Shown one piece after another: positions 29,292-40,571 of a DNA stretch of 64,000 nucleotides. The DNA lies in assembly GCA_049325335.1 (NCBI GenBank), contig JBMOMC010000001.1, forward strand, positions 352,001-416,000. The letters run 5' to 3'. This DNA is from Nitrospirota bacterium (GTDB lineage: Bacteria; Nitrospirota; Nitrospiria; 2-01-FULL-66-17). Every line of letters starts with the position of its first letter. Position 1 is the stretch's first letter. The position numbers and the translations under genes are program-made. Below the pieces are notes generated by a model. That model searched no databases and was not told where the DNA came from. It was given only the letters and a program-made list of their open reading frames with translations.

Positions 29292-30764
29292 ATGCCATCA
29301 TCTGTTTCGTCACCCGACGCACGTGATCCCAGCGTGCGCGTGCGCTTTGCGCCCAGCCCGACCGGGTATCTCCATGTGGGCGGGGCGCGCACCGCGCTAT
29401 TCAATTGGTTGTTCGCGCGGCACCACGGCGGGAAGTTTTTCCTACGCATCGAAGACACCGACCGCACCCGCTCGACCGAGGAGGCCATTGCCGCCATTTT
29501 GGACGGCATGACCTGGTTGGGTTTGAACTGGGACCAGTGGGAGAAAGCACCCGGCCCCCCGGTCCGTCAGACCGAGCGACTCACGCTCTATCAAACCAAG
29601 GCGTGGGACCTGTTCAACCAGGGCCTGGCGTATCGCTGTTACTGCACGGCCGAGGAACTTGAGGCCCGGCGCCAGGCCGCATTGGCCAGGGGCGAGGTGC
29701 CCAAATACGACGGCCGCTGCCGCGCGCTGACCGAACACGATCCGAACCGACCGTTCGCGCTGCGGTTCAAAACGCCGCACGAGGGCGAAACCGTGGTGGA
29801 TGACTTGGTTAAGGGCCGCGTCCTGTTCGAGAACCGTCAGCTCGACGACCTCATCATCCTGCGGTCGGACAATACGCCCACATACAACTTCTGCGTGGTG
29901 GTCGATGACGTGGACATGGCCATCACGCACGTGATCCGCGGCGACGACCACTTGAACAACACTCCGCGGCAGATTCAACTCTATAAGGCGTTCAACTACC
30001 CGATCCCGCGCTTCGGCCACCTTTCGATGATTCTGGGCGCGGACAAAGCTCGCCTGTCCAAACGGCACGGCGCCACCTCGGTCCAGACCTATCGGGACAT
30101 GGGGTACCTGCCGGACGCGCTGATCAACTACCTCGCGCGGCTCGGGTGGTCGCACGGAGACCAAGAAATTTTCACTCGCGAGGACATGGTCGCGAAGTTC
30201 ACATTGGATCACATCACCAGTTCCGCCGCGGTCTTCAATATGGACAAGCTGCTGTGGCTCAACGCCACGTACATCAAGACCGTGGAGCCTAAGGCACTGG
30301 TGCCGCACGTCGAAACACTGCTCAACGCACGTTATCCGGCGCTGGAGATCTCCACCGGGCGTCTTGAAGAAGTGCTCGTGGCTCACCGCGAGCGCAGCAA
30401 AACCCTGGCGGACATCGTGGATGCGGCCGTCATGTACCTGCCGGGCCGCCGCGAGTTTGACCCGGCTGCGGCGTCAAAATGTCTGACCGCCGAGTCCCTG
30501 CCGTTTCTGAAGCGCTTCCACGCGCTGCTGGATCAGACCCCTTTTTCGAAAGACGCGCACGAGGCGATGTTTGCCGCGCTGATCGCGGAGACCGGTCAGA
30601 AAATGGCCGCGCTCGCCCAGCCCCTGCGCGTGGCGCTCACCGGCAAAACCGTGAGCCCCGGCATCTACGACGTGCTGCGGTTGCTCGGCAAGGCCGAGGC
30701 CCTCACTCGCATCGACGAAACCATCCGCGCCATCGAGTCCAGGCGTTTCGCGCCGCAGTCTTGA
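29292..30764 (+). CDS. gltX: Glutamate--tRNA ligase
   Basis: RFAPSPTGYLHVGGARTALFN, LRIEDTD, HVIRGDDH, RLSKRHGA, LRVALTG. Confidence 0.97.
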   Translation: MPSSVSSPDARDPSVRVRFAPSPTGYLHVGGARTALFNWLFARHHGGKFFLRIEDTDRTRSTEEAIAAILDGMTWLGLNWDQWEKAPGPPVRQTERLTLYQTKAWDLFNQGLAYRCYCTAEELEARRQAALARGEVPKYDGRCRALTEHDPNRPFALRFKTPHEGETVVDDLVKGRVLFENRQLDDLIILRSDNTPTYNFCVVVDDVDMAITHVIRGDDHLNNTPRQIQLYKAFNYPIPRFGHLSMILGADKARLSKRHGATSVQTYRDMGYLPDALINYLARLGWSHGDQEIFTREDMVAKFTLDHITSSAAVFNMDKLLWLNATYIKTVEPKALVPHVETLLNARYPALEISTGRLEEVLVAHRERSKTLADIVDAAVMYLPGRREFDPAAASKCLTAESLPFLKRFHALLDQTPFSKDAHEAMFAALIAETGQKMAALAQPLRVALTGKTVSPGIYDVLRLLGKAEALTRIDETIRAIESRRFAPQS

Positions 30765-30789
30765 CACCCCATCGGCTTTTCCGTAGAGT
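30761..30789 (+). promoter_or_regulatory. Sigma70-like promoter for tRNA-Gln, overlapping the gltX stop
   Basis: TTGACA-N17-TAGAGT. Confidence 0.6.
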
Positions 30790-30838
30790 CAGCGCCGATC
30801 GCGTCCGGGCGCCACTGGTCGCGGGGGGCCTTGGGTTT

Positions 30839-30912
<74 letters not shown>

Positions 30913-30917
30913 CCCCC

Positions 30918-32180
30918 ATGGCGACCCGTCCAGCACGCACGCCGTCCCAATCAGCGCCTGCTCGTCCCGACAGCGGGCTTGAGCGATACCTCAAGCTCAG
31001 TCGCCTGTCCTACCCCGTGCCCGCACACGGCAACACCTTGCCGTACACCTTGGGCGGCATCGCGTTGTTGGGGTTTCTCCTGCTGTTCGTCAGCGGGTTC
31101 TTGCTCGCGCAGTTCGTGGATCCGAGCCCGGAGCGGGCGTATCAGAGCGTCAAGGCCCTGGGCGAGCGCGTGCCCGGCGGGGCATGGATTCGCGCGCTGC
31201 ACTATTGGACCGCGCAAGCCGTGGTGGCGGCATTGGCCCTACACGTGGCGCGTATCGTGTTCTCGGGCGCGTACAAGGCCCCACGCCTCGTGACCTGGTA
31301 CGTGGGGCTGGCGCTCCTGGGTCTGGGCGTGTTCGGCTCGTACTTTTCCGGCACCGTGCTCAAGTGGGACCAGGAGTCGTTCGACGCCTTGAAGCACTAT
31401 GAGGCCGGGCTCACCTGGCTCGGTCCATTGGGAACTTTCATGGGCGCGACCGACGCGGTGTCGCTCAACGTGAAGTTGTATGCCTCACACGTCTCGATCC
31501 TCCCGCTGGTGATCGTCGCGTTTCTGATCGCGCACTTTTACCTGGTCAACACGCACAGCCTGTCGCCGCTGCCGTACGGCGAGGACTCGGCCCGCGAGTC
31601 CGTGCCCGCGGAACGCATGACCGGCACCATGGTCGAACACGTCAAAGCCATCGCCCTGTTCGGGGGCATATACTTCGGCGCGGTCGCAATGCTCGCCGCC
31701 GTCGTGCCCGCGCCGCTGGGCGACCCGGTCACCGGGGAGGAAATGAGCCTGAAGCCGCCGTGGCCGTTCTTGTGGTTGTACGGGCTGGAAAACCTCACGG
31801 GGAAGATGGACACGATGTTTCACGCGCTGGGCGCCCTGTTCCTGGCCTTGGCCGCGTTGCCGCTGGTGGATCGCGGCGCGGAGCGCCACCCCGCCCGCCG
31901 CAAGGGCGTGCTTGCGGTGTCGGGAACCGTCATGGTGGCCATGATCGGGCTGACTGTGTACGCGGCGGCGACCCCGCCGCAATTGCATCATCACGAGCAT
32001 GGGATCAGCAACGCGCCCGCGGAACCGCACGACGGGATGCCGATCACTCCGATGCCGCATGACGCGGAAATGTCCGACCCCGCGATGCCCCATGAAACCG
32101 GGACCACGCACACCGCACCGCCCGAGCTGGCGCCCGCGAACAACCACCACGACGCAGCGCCCCACCCCCACAAGCCGTAA
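30918..32180 (+). CDS. Cytochrome b/b6-family membrane protein with His/Pro-rich C-terminal tail
   Basis: YTLGGIAL, IRALHYWTAQ...LHVARIVFSGAYK, YASHVSILP...IAHFYLV (four heme His); KPPWPFL at the PEWY position; tail HHHEH...NNHHDAAPHPHKP. Confidence 0.85.
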   Translation: MATRPARTPSQSAPARPDSGLERYLKLSRLSYPVPAHGNTLPYTLGGIALLGFLLLFVSGFLLAQFVDPSPERAYQSVKALGERVPGGAWIRALHYWTAQAVVAALALHVARIVFSGAYKAPRLVTWYVGLALLGLGVFGSYFSGTVLKWDQESFDALKHYEAGLTWLGPLGTFMGATDAVSLNVKLYASHVSILPLVIVAFLIAHFYLVNTHSLSPLPYGEDSARESVPAERMTGTMVEHVKAIALFGGIYFGAVAMLAAVVPAPLGDPVTGEEMSLKPPWPFLWLYGLENLTGKMDTMFHALGALFLALAALPLVDRGAERHPARRKGVLAVSGTVMVAMIGLTVYAAATPPQLHHHEHGISNAPAEPHDGMPITPMPHDAEMSDPAMPHETGTTHTAPPELAPANNHHDAAPHPHKP

Positions 32181-32225
32181 CAAGGCGCTTGTCAACGCCG
32201 ACTCGGTCCGGTACGATCTTCCGCC

Positions 32226-32864
32226 ATGCACCAACTCATCACGATCTGGTTCTCGTGGCTCCACGATTGGGGGTACCTGGGCATTGTAGTGCTCATGGCC
32301 ATGGAGAGTACCATCCTCCCGGTCCCGAGCGAACTCGTCATTCCGCCGGCCGCGTATTGGGCCGCGCAGGGCCGGTACACCTTATGGGGCGTGGTGTTCG
32401 CCGGCACCGCGGGCAGCGTCATCGGCGCTGGACTCATGTATTGGATGTCGCGCGCGGTGGGACGGCCGCTCATCGTCCGGTTCGGCGTCTACGTCGGTCT
32501 CAGCGAAGCCAAACTGATTCGCGCGGAGCGATGGCTCGCACGGTACGAAGCCGGCGGCGTGTTCTTTGCACGCCTGCTGCCGGTGGTGCGCCATCTCATC
32601 GGCATCCCGGCCGGCATCGTGCGTATGCCGATCGGCGTGTATCTGCTCGTGACCACCGCGGGCTCGGCGCTCTGGTGCACGGTACTCGCGTGGTTCGGCG
32701 CGCACGTGATCGGCGACCAGCCCCAGCTCCTCGACGACCCGGGACAAATGATCGCCGTGCTCAAAACCCGCGCGTGGTGGTTCGTCGGGTTGGTCCTGCT
32801 CCTGTGCGCCTTGTACGTGCTGGTCATGCGCCTGACCGCTAAACCCGCAGCATCGGATCGGTAA
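32226..32864 (+). CDS. dedA: DedA-family membrane protein
   Basis: LMAMESTILPVPSELVIPPA, FFARLLPVVRHLIGIPAG. Confidence 0.9.
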   Translation: MHQLITIWFSWLHDWGYLGIVVLMAMESTILPVPSELVIPPAAYWAAQGRYTLWGVVFAGTAGSVIGAGLMYWMSRAVGRPLIVRFGVYVGLSEAKLIRAERWLARYEAGGVFFARLLPVVRHLIGIPAGIVRMPIGVYLLVTTAGSALWCTVLAWFGAHVIGDQPQLLDDPGQMIAVLKTRAWWFVGLVLLLCALYVLVMRLTAKPAASDR

Positions 32865-32931
32865 CTGTCTTTCGGTTCCGAAATTTGCTACAACACAGTT
32901 CACACACGACCCTTCGACCAAGGAGAGTACG

Positions 32932-33312
32932 ATGATTCGAATCATGGGTGGTATCGGCCTGCTGTTTGCGTGGATGGTGATCACCACGGCGCCGGCGGTT
33001 GCCGGTGAGGCCAACGTCTCGAACATCGAGACCCTGTTCGCGCAGAAAGATACGCTAACCGGGAAGCGCATCAAAATTAGCGGCAAAGTCGTGAAAGTCA
33101 ACAACGGCATCATGGGCAAGAACTTCTTTCACCTCCAAGACGGAAGCGGGAAATCGCCCGCCAACGATCTGACCGTGACGACCCAAGAGGTCGTAAAGGT
33201 CGGCGACCAAGTGACGGTCACTGGTTTGGTCACGGTGAACCGTGATTTCGGAGCGGGCTACTCGTATCCGTTGATTTTAGAAGAAGCCACCGTAGCCCCC
33301 TCCGGCCATTGA
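32932..33312 (+). CDS. Exported small OB-fold protein
   Basis: Signal peptide; GKVVKVNNGIMGKNFFHLQDGSG...DLTVTT...VGDQVTVTG...DFGAGYSY; AAGGAG RBS. Confidence 0.7.
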   Translation: MIRIMGGIGLLFAWMVITTAPAVAGEANVSNIETLFAQKDTLTGKRIKISGKVVKVNNGIMGKNFFHLQDGSGKSPANDLTVTTQEVVKVGDQVTVTGLVTVNRDFGAGYSYPLILEEATVAPSGH

Positions 33313-33376
33313 GTGCCGGGCGTCGACAAGACGCCGGTGCTCCATTGTCGCCGCGAGTCCTATTCCTCACACCTTC

Positions 33377-33404
33377 GTAGGGGCGTATGGCCATACGCCC
33401 CTAC
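33377..33404. repeat. GTAG-type REP-like perfect palindrome (28 bp)
   Basis: GTAGGGGCGTATGG|CCATACGCCCCTAC. Confidence 0.75.
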
Positions 33405-33476
33405 AGGTACGGGATGCCCTCAACATACGGCCCATTGTGATCCCGCTTGCGGCGTCTCTCCCAGTCCGATGAATCC

Positions 33477-34823
33477 ATGACCGACGATCGAGACGTCATC
33501 GTCATCGGCGGAGGCTTTGCGGGGCTTTCGGCCGGCGTGGCCCTGGCCGAGCGCGGATACCGCGTCACCGTGCTGGAAAAACGCTCGCGGTTGGGCGGAC
33601 GGGCTTCGTCCTACGTGGATCCCGCCACCGGCGAGGTGCTGGACAACGGGCAACACGTGTTCCTGCGCGCGTATCAGGCCACGATCCGTTTTCTCACCAC
33701 CATCGGCACGCTCGATCAACTCGTCTTTCAACCCAACCTGTCGCTGGAGGTGGTGGGAGCCGGAGGCGCGCGCACGCAATTGACCGCCGCACCGCTGCCC
33801 GCGCCGTGGCACATGGGGATCGGCCTACTCCGCGCCACGGGGTTGCCGTGGGACGCGCGGCGTAAGGGGCTCGAACTGGGCTGGCATCTGTGGCGGCGGG
33901 GCGCGGGCGACACCGACGGCCTGACCGTGGCCGAGTGGCTCGACCGCCACCAGCAGCCCGCCGCGATCCGCGACCGCCTGTGGCACCCGCTGGCCATCGC
34001 CGTGCTCAATGAGACGCCGGATCTGGCTGCAGCCGCGCCGTTCGCCGCGGTATTAACCAACGCGTTTTTTCACCACGCGTCGTGGTCCGCGATCGGCATT
34101 CCCCGCACCGGACTCGGCCCGCTCTATACCGACGCGGCGCAGGCGTTCATCGAACAACGCGGCGGGCGCGTGCTGACCGGCCAAGCCGCGGCCGGGCTCC
34201 GCGTCGCGCGCGGGCGCGTGACCGACGTGGTGTTGAGCGACGGCGCCGTGCTCCCGGCCTCGTGGGTCGTGAGCGCGGTCCCTTACGTGAACCTTCCGGA
34301 GGTCCTGCCCTCCGAGGTGCAGCTCGGGCATATCCAATTCTTGGCTTCGCAAGGGTTGGTCTCCTCGCCCATCATGTCGTTGTATCTCTGGTTCGACCGC
34401 CCGGTGTTGGATCAGCCGTTCGTGGGGCTGGAGGGCGCAACGTGGCAATGGGCGTTCGACCGCCGCGCGTTGCTGGGCCAATCGTCCACGGACGGGCACA
34501 TCGCGTTGGTCATGAGCGCCGCGCACGCGCACCTGACCCGCTCGACCGATGAACTGGTGGGCCTGTCCCTGCAAGAGCTCGGCGAACGATTCCCCGCAGC
34601 CCGCCGCGCCGTGCTGCGCCATCGCATCCTAATCAAAGAACCGCACGCCACCTTCTCGCCGCGCGTCGGCAGCGAGCGGTCCCGTCCCGAACACCGCACG
34701 CCGCTTCAGAATCTGTTCTTGGCGGGAGATTGGACACGCACCGGACTGCCTGGGGCGATCGAAGGCGCGGTTCAGAGCGGGTATCGCTGCGCGGAGTTGA
34801 TCGCGGCAGAATCGATTCAGTAA
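33477..34823 (+). CDS. hpnE: Hydroxysqualene dehydroxylase / squalene-associated FAD-dependent oxidoreductase
   Basis: IGGGFAGLSA, LGGRASS, LDNGQHV, LFLAGDWTRTGLPGAIEGAVQSG. Confidence 0.85.
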   Translation: MTDDRDVIVIGGGFAGLSAGVALAERGYRVTVLEKRSRLGGRASSYVDPATGEVLDNGQHVFLRAYQATIRFLTTIGTLDQLVFQPNLSLEVVGAGGARTQLTAAPLPAPWHMGIGLLRATGLPWDARRKGLELGWHLWRRGAGDTDGLTVAEWLDRHQQPAAIRDRLWHPLAIAVLNETPDLAAAAPFAAVLTNAFFHHASWSAIGIPRTGLGPLYTDAAQAFIEQRGGRVLTGQAAAGLRVARGRVTDVVLSDGAVLPASWVVSAVPYVNLPEVLPSEVQLGHIQFLASQGLVSSPIMSLYLWFDRPVLDQPFVGLEGATWQWAFDRRALLGQSSTDGHIALVMSAAHAHLTRSTDELVGLSLQELGERFPAARRAVLRHRILIKEPHATFSPRVGSERSRPEHRTPLQNLFLAGDWTRTGLPGAIEGAVQSGYRCAELIAAESIQ

Positions 34824-35008
34824 CAGGGTTACGGAAAACCCAAGAGGTCCTTGCTTCGCCGGCAAATCTATCGAACCACACCCCACGTGACGCCTTGTAT
34901 ATTTGGCGTAAACGTGGCACCAGAACGCGCCGCCCTCTGCATGAGCCAGGGCAACCTAGCTTGCTGTGGGCTTGCGGGTCACGGCGCGGCCCCCCCCCGA
35001 AGGCCCAC

Positions 35009-35042
35009 AAAAAACCGAGGCCCCTCGCGTGAGGGGCCTCGG
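35009..35042 (-). terminator. Rho-independent terminator of groEL
   Basis: Minus strand CCGAGGCCCCTC-acgc-GAGGGGCCTCGG-TTTTTT. Confidence 0.9.
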
Positions 35043-35066
35043 CGTATATCCGATTGCCGTGTGGAA

Positions 35067-36701
<1,635 letters not shown>

Positions 36702-36743
36702 TTACTCCTCCCGTTCGATGTCGTGTTCCGCCAGTGGTGCGTG

Positions 36744-37037
36744 TTATTTCTCGATGATCCCTAAAATGTCGTCTTCTTTGAGAATTAGATAGTCCGCGCC
36801 GTCAAACGCAATCTTGCTTCCCGAGTACTTGTCGAACAGGATTTCATCGCCGACCTTCACGGATTTGACCTCACCACCCACCGCCTCGATCTTGCCGCGC
36901 TGCGGCTTCTCTTTGGCCGCATCCGGGATGTAGAGTCCGCCACTGGTGCGCTCTTGCTCCTCGGAGTAACTCACGAACACCCGCTCTTTGAGCGGCTTAA
37001 AGTTGACCTTTTTCCTAACCGCAGTTTCTGTTCCCAT
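36744..37037 (-). CDS. groS: Co-chaperonin GroES
   Basis: FKPLKERV, TSGGLYIPDAAKEKPQ, VKVGDEILF; AGGAGGAGG RBS. Confidence 0.97.
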   Translation of the reverse strand: MGTETAVRKKVNFKPLKERVFVSYSEEQERTSGGLYIPDAAKEKPQRGKIEAVGGEVKSVKVGDEILFDKYSGSKIAFDGADYLILKEDDILGIIEK

Positions 37038-37066
37038 ACGTCCTCCTCCTTGTGTCAAGGTTATTA

Positions 37067-37093
37067 CTAGCACTCACCAGAATCGAGTGCTGA
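37067..37093. promoter_or_regulatory. CIRCE element (HrcA operator)
   Basis: cTAGCACTC-N9-GAGTGCTga upstream of groES. Confidence 0.9.
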
Positions 37094-37094
37094 C

Positions 37095-37123
37095 AATATA
37101 TCCTTAGGCGGACCAAAAATCAA
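37095..37123 (-). promoter_or_regulatory. Sigma70-like groESL promoter
   Basis: Minus strand TTGATT-N17-TATATT immediately upstream of CIRCE. Confidence 0.7.
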
Positions 37124-37150
37124 GCCCCCTTATGTGGCAATACCGGGTTT

Positions 37151-38530
37151 TTAGGTGGGATTCGCTTGGCCAGCCTCGACGGATGGCTCCGGCTGGTCCA
37201 GTAATCCTTTGAAAATTGCCCAACTTTTCAGCAGTTCGATCGCCTTTTGGAGCTGGATGTCGTCGTCAGCTCCAGTGCCACCCTGGGGCACGTCCGGGAT
37301 CGGGGGCAATTCAACCGGCTCACTCGGTTCACTCGGCGCGGCGGGCGCCTGGGGCTCCCCGGTCGGATTCGGCAAGTGCCGTTCCAGGTCACGCTCCCTG
37401 ACCGTTGGACGCCGCCCCTCGCCTTTTCCCGCGGCCCGCACCACGATGGTGGGCGTAATCCCGGTGTTTTGGATCGATCGGCCCTTGGGCGTGTAATACT
37501 TGGCCGTGGTCAGGCGCAACGCGGATCCGTCGCTCAACGGGATGACGGTTTGCACCGACCCCTTCCCGAACGTGGTGGTTCCGACCACCACCGCACGCCC
37601 CCAATCCTGCATGGCGCCAGCCACGATTTCGGATGCGCTGGCGCTGCCTTCGTTGACTAGTACGATCAGCGGGGCGTCCAAGATCGGATGCGCGCCTTCC
37701 GCGGGATACTCCTCGGCGCTGCCGTGTCGTCCCTTGATCGACACCACGGCCTTGCCCTTGGGCAGAAACTGCTCGGACACCTCCACCGCTGCGGTCAGCA
37801 GGCCGCCCGGGTTGTTCCGCAAATCGAGAATAAAGGACTGCGCCTTTTGTTCGCGCAGGGCATTGAGCGCCTTGGCCAGGTCAGGACCGGACTGTTCTTG
37901 GAACTGCGTGAGCCGCACGTAGCCGATGCCGTCTTCCAGCATCTTGTGCCGCGTGCTGGTAACCTTGATCGTCTCCCGCGTCAACACCACGTCGATCGGC
38001 TCGGGAGTCCCCGAGCGTTCGAGCGTAAGCGTCACCTTGGTCCCCTTGGCTCCGCGCATCTTGTTGACCCCGTCCATCAACGTCATGTCCTTGGTCGAGG
38101 TGCCGTCGATCTTCACGATCTTGTCCCCGGCCAGCACGCCCGCGCGAAAGGCCGGCGTGTCTTCGATCGGCGCGATGACGGTCAGCCGTTCGTCCTTGAG
38201 CCCGATCTGAATGCCCACGCCCCCGAACTCGCCTTTGGTGTCCACCTGCATTTCCTTGTACACGTCCGGCGGCATAAACGAGGAGTGGGGGTCCAACACG
38301 TTGAGCAACCCCCGGATCGCGCCGTACACCACGTCGCGGGTCGTGGTTTCTTCCACGTAGTTGCGTTGAACTTGGTTCAGCACCTCGGTAAACGGCCGAA
38401 GCTCCTCGTACGTTTCGGCTTGTTGGGCGAGCCCCTTACCCTCCAACAATCTTCCGGACAACAATCCGGCGACGAAAATAACGACGACGCCGAATGGGAT
38501 CCACCCGGCCCGCGGACGATGCGCAATCAT
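37151..38530 (-). CDS. ctpA: Carboxyl-terminal processing protease (S41, PDZ)
   Basis: LDPHSSF, GEFGGVGI, LDLRNNPGGLL, SASASEIVAGA, TFGKGSVQ. Confidence 0.92.
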   Translation of the reverse strand: MIAHRPRAGWIPFGVVVIFVAGLLSGRLLEGKGLAQQAETYEELRPFTEVLNQVQRNYVEETTTRDVVYGAIRGLLNVLDPHSSFMPPDVYKEMQVDTKGEFGGVGIQIGLKDERLTVIAPIEDTPAFRAGVLAGDKIVKIDGTSTKDMTLMDGVNKMRGAKGTKVTLTLERSGTPEPIDVVLTRETIKVTSTRHKMLEDGIGYVRLTQFQEQSGPDLAKALNALREQKAQSFILDLRNNPGGLLTAAVEVSEQFLPKGKAVVSIKGRHGSAEEYPAEGAHPILDAPLIVLVNEGSASASEIVAGAMQDWGRAVVVGTTTFGKGSVQTVIPLSDGSALRLTTAKYYTPKGRSIQNTGITPTIVVRAAGKGEGRRPTVRERDLERHLPNPTGEPQAPAAPSEPSEPVELPPIPDVPQGGTGADDDIQLQKAIELLKSWAIFKGLLDQPEPSVEAGQANPT

Positions 38531-39699
38531 TCCGTTCCTCCTCGTGTCAGCAACCACCCGATCGGATCGAGCGGGGTTTTCCCGTGCCGCAACTCAAAAT
38601 ACATGTGCTCGACGCCCCCCGCGGCCGACGCCTCGCCGAGCGGCTCTCCGGCCCCGACGTCATCCCCGGCGCGGACGCGTATCGAGTCCGCGTTGGCGTA
38701 CAACGACAGATACTGGTCTCCGTGGTCGACGATGACCACTCTCCCATACCCGTCGAGGGTATCCGCGTACACCACGGTTCCGTCCGCGACCACCCGGATC
38801 GGGTCCTGCGTGGAAACTTTGATGTCGATCCCCTTACGGTCCACATAGGTCCCGAAGCGCGGATGTTTATGGCGACCGAATAACCCTACCACCTCGCCTT
38901 GCACCGGCCAAATCAACCGCCCCTTGAGTTTCGCGAGCCCGCTCCCTTGGCGCGGCGCGCGCGAGGCTCGGACCAGATCGCCGATCAACGACTCCAGTCG
39001 TCGCGACGCCGCTTCCAGATCCCGGATCGACCGCGTGTACGCGACGCGTTCGGTCTGCAATTCCGCCAGCAGCCGCCGCTTCGCGGCTCGCTCGGCCAAT
39101 ACCTCGCGCAACGCGGTCCGCTCGTCGGTTCGCACCGCCTCCAAATCGCGCTTAATCCGCTCCAAATGCGCCACCTGTTCGGAGACCGCTACGGCCGCGG
39201 CTTGCGCGGCCAGCACCGTGCGGCGGTCTCGGTCTACCACGCGACGAACCGTATCATACCGCATGGTGATCTCGGACGGCGCGGCTGCCAACACGAACGT
39301 GCCGTCGTACACGCCTTTCCATTTGGCCAGTTCACGCACCCGGGCCCGCGCCAAGCGGCGGGTCCGGTCGGCTTCTTGCCGTCTCAGCGCCAACGCATCG
39401 CCCGCCTCCGTGAGCTCTCGGTCCTTGCGGTCCACGTTGAGTTCCGTCAATCGCAGCGCGCGCCGAGCAATCGCCAGCGCGCGGGTGGACTCATCCACGC
39501 GTTCGGCCACGGACCGTTCTCTCGAACGCACCACGTCACGTCGCCGTTTGATGCGATCCAATTCGGCGTTGAGCGTCGCCAATTCTTGACGCTCCTTGTC
39601 GATCCGATCCGACAGCGATTCCTTGGCCCACCCCGTACTCCCGGTCAGCGCCCACGCGATCACCACCAGCGCGATGCCCACCCGTCGCCAGGCGCTCAC
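38527..39699 (-). CDS. envC: Murein hydrolase activator EnvC (coiled coil + degenerate M23)
   Basis: Long coiled coil; LKGRLIWPVQG, KGIDI, GYGRVVIVDHG, HMYFELR with incomplete Zn ligands; follows ftsX. Confidence 0.85.
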   Translation of the reverse strand: MSAWRRVGIALVVIAWALTGSTGWAKESLSDRIDKERQELATLNAELDRIKRRRDVVRSRERSVAERVDESTRALAIARRALRLTELNVDRKDRELTEAGDALALRRQEADRTRRLARARVRELAKWKGVYDGTFVLAAAPSEITMRYDTVRRVVDRDRRTVLAAQAAAVAVSEQVAHLERIKRDLEAVRTDERTALREVLAERAAKRRLLAELQTERVAYTRSIRDLEAASRRLESLIGDLVRASRAPRQGSGLAKLKGRLIWPVQGEVVGLFGRHKHPRFGTYVDRKGIDIKVSTQDPIRVVADGTVVYADTLDGYGRVVIVDHGDQYLSLYANADSIRVRAGDDVGAGEPLGEASAAGGVEHMYFELRHGKTPLDPIGWLLTRGGTE

Positions 39700-40571
39700 G
39701 CCACCCCCGACGACGCCGCGTCCGGAATCCGCCGCACTGCGGCCAGGCTGCCGACCGCGCCCACCAGGACCGCCAGCGCGATCAACCCCGGCACCAACAC
39801 CAGAGGAAACTCCAGCCGATCGATCCACCCCGCGAACACCCCCTCAAACGCCGTGCCCCATCGGCGGTGCGCCGCCCACCACCCGCCCGCCAGCACCACC
39901 GACGCCACGACCCCGCCCGCGAAGCCGATGGCCATGCCCTCCAGCACAAACGGCGTGACCACCACGCGTTCCGACGCGCCAAAGAGTCGGAGCAAGGAGA
40001 CCTCCTGGGCCCGGTGACGAACGGAGATCTGCACCATCACGCCGATCACCACCGCCACGCCGCCGAGCAGCGCCACGCCGATCCCGCTCCCCAGAATCGA
40101 GACCACCCGCGCCGCGACGCTGAGGTCTTGGATCAACCGCTCCCCGTACCGAACGTCGTCCACCCCGGCAAAGGCGGTCCACCGCGCGGCCAGACGCGCC
40201 ATCGCGTCGGGCTGTTGGCCTTCTTCCTTGAGCGACACCTCGATCGACGCGGGAAACGCATTCTCGCCCAGCCCCTCCAACACCGACCGATCCAACTGCA
40301 TGACGCGCAGGAACGCGGCCTCGGCTTCGGCTTGCGAGATAATCCGCGTGGACGCCACCGCGGGCTCGCGGGTGATGGCAGTTTGCAACGCGGCGACTTC
40401 CGGCTCCGATACCGTGTCCGTCAGATACACCACCACTTTGACGTCGGCGCGCCATCCGCGCATGACGAGCCAGGCGTTCCACGCCACCAACCAACACCCT
40501 CCGGCCAACGTCAGCACCACCGCCGAAGTCACGATCACCCACGCGGCGGTCCCACGATTGCCGGCCCTCAT
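39696..40571 (-). CDS. ftsX: Cell division ABC permease FtsX
   Basis: VVVYL, ENAFPASIEV, GVDDVRYG, LLRLFGASERVVVTPFVLEG. Confidence 0.85.
   Translation of the reverse strand: MRAGNRGTAAWVIVTSAVVLTLAGGCWLVAWNAWLVMRGWRADVKVVVYLTDTVSEPEVAALQTAITREPAVASTRIISQAEAEAAFLRVMQLDRSVLEGLGENAFPASIEVSLKEEGQQPDAMARLAARWTAFAGVDDVRYGERLIQDLSVAARVVSILGSGIGVALLGGVAVVIGVMVQISVRHRAQEVSLLRLFGASERVVVTPFVLEGMAIGFAGGVVASVVLAGGWWAAHRRWGTAFEGVFAGWIDRLEFPLVLVPGLIALAVLVGAVGSLAAVRRIPDAASSGVA

Noticed and set aside
38527..39000. Degenerate M23 Zn ligands taken as a sign of pseudogenisation
   Set aside because: Loss of these ligands is the normal state of EnvC activators.
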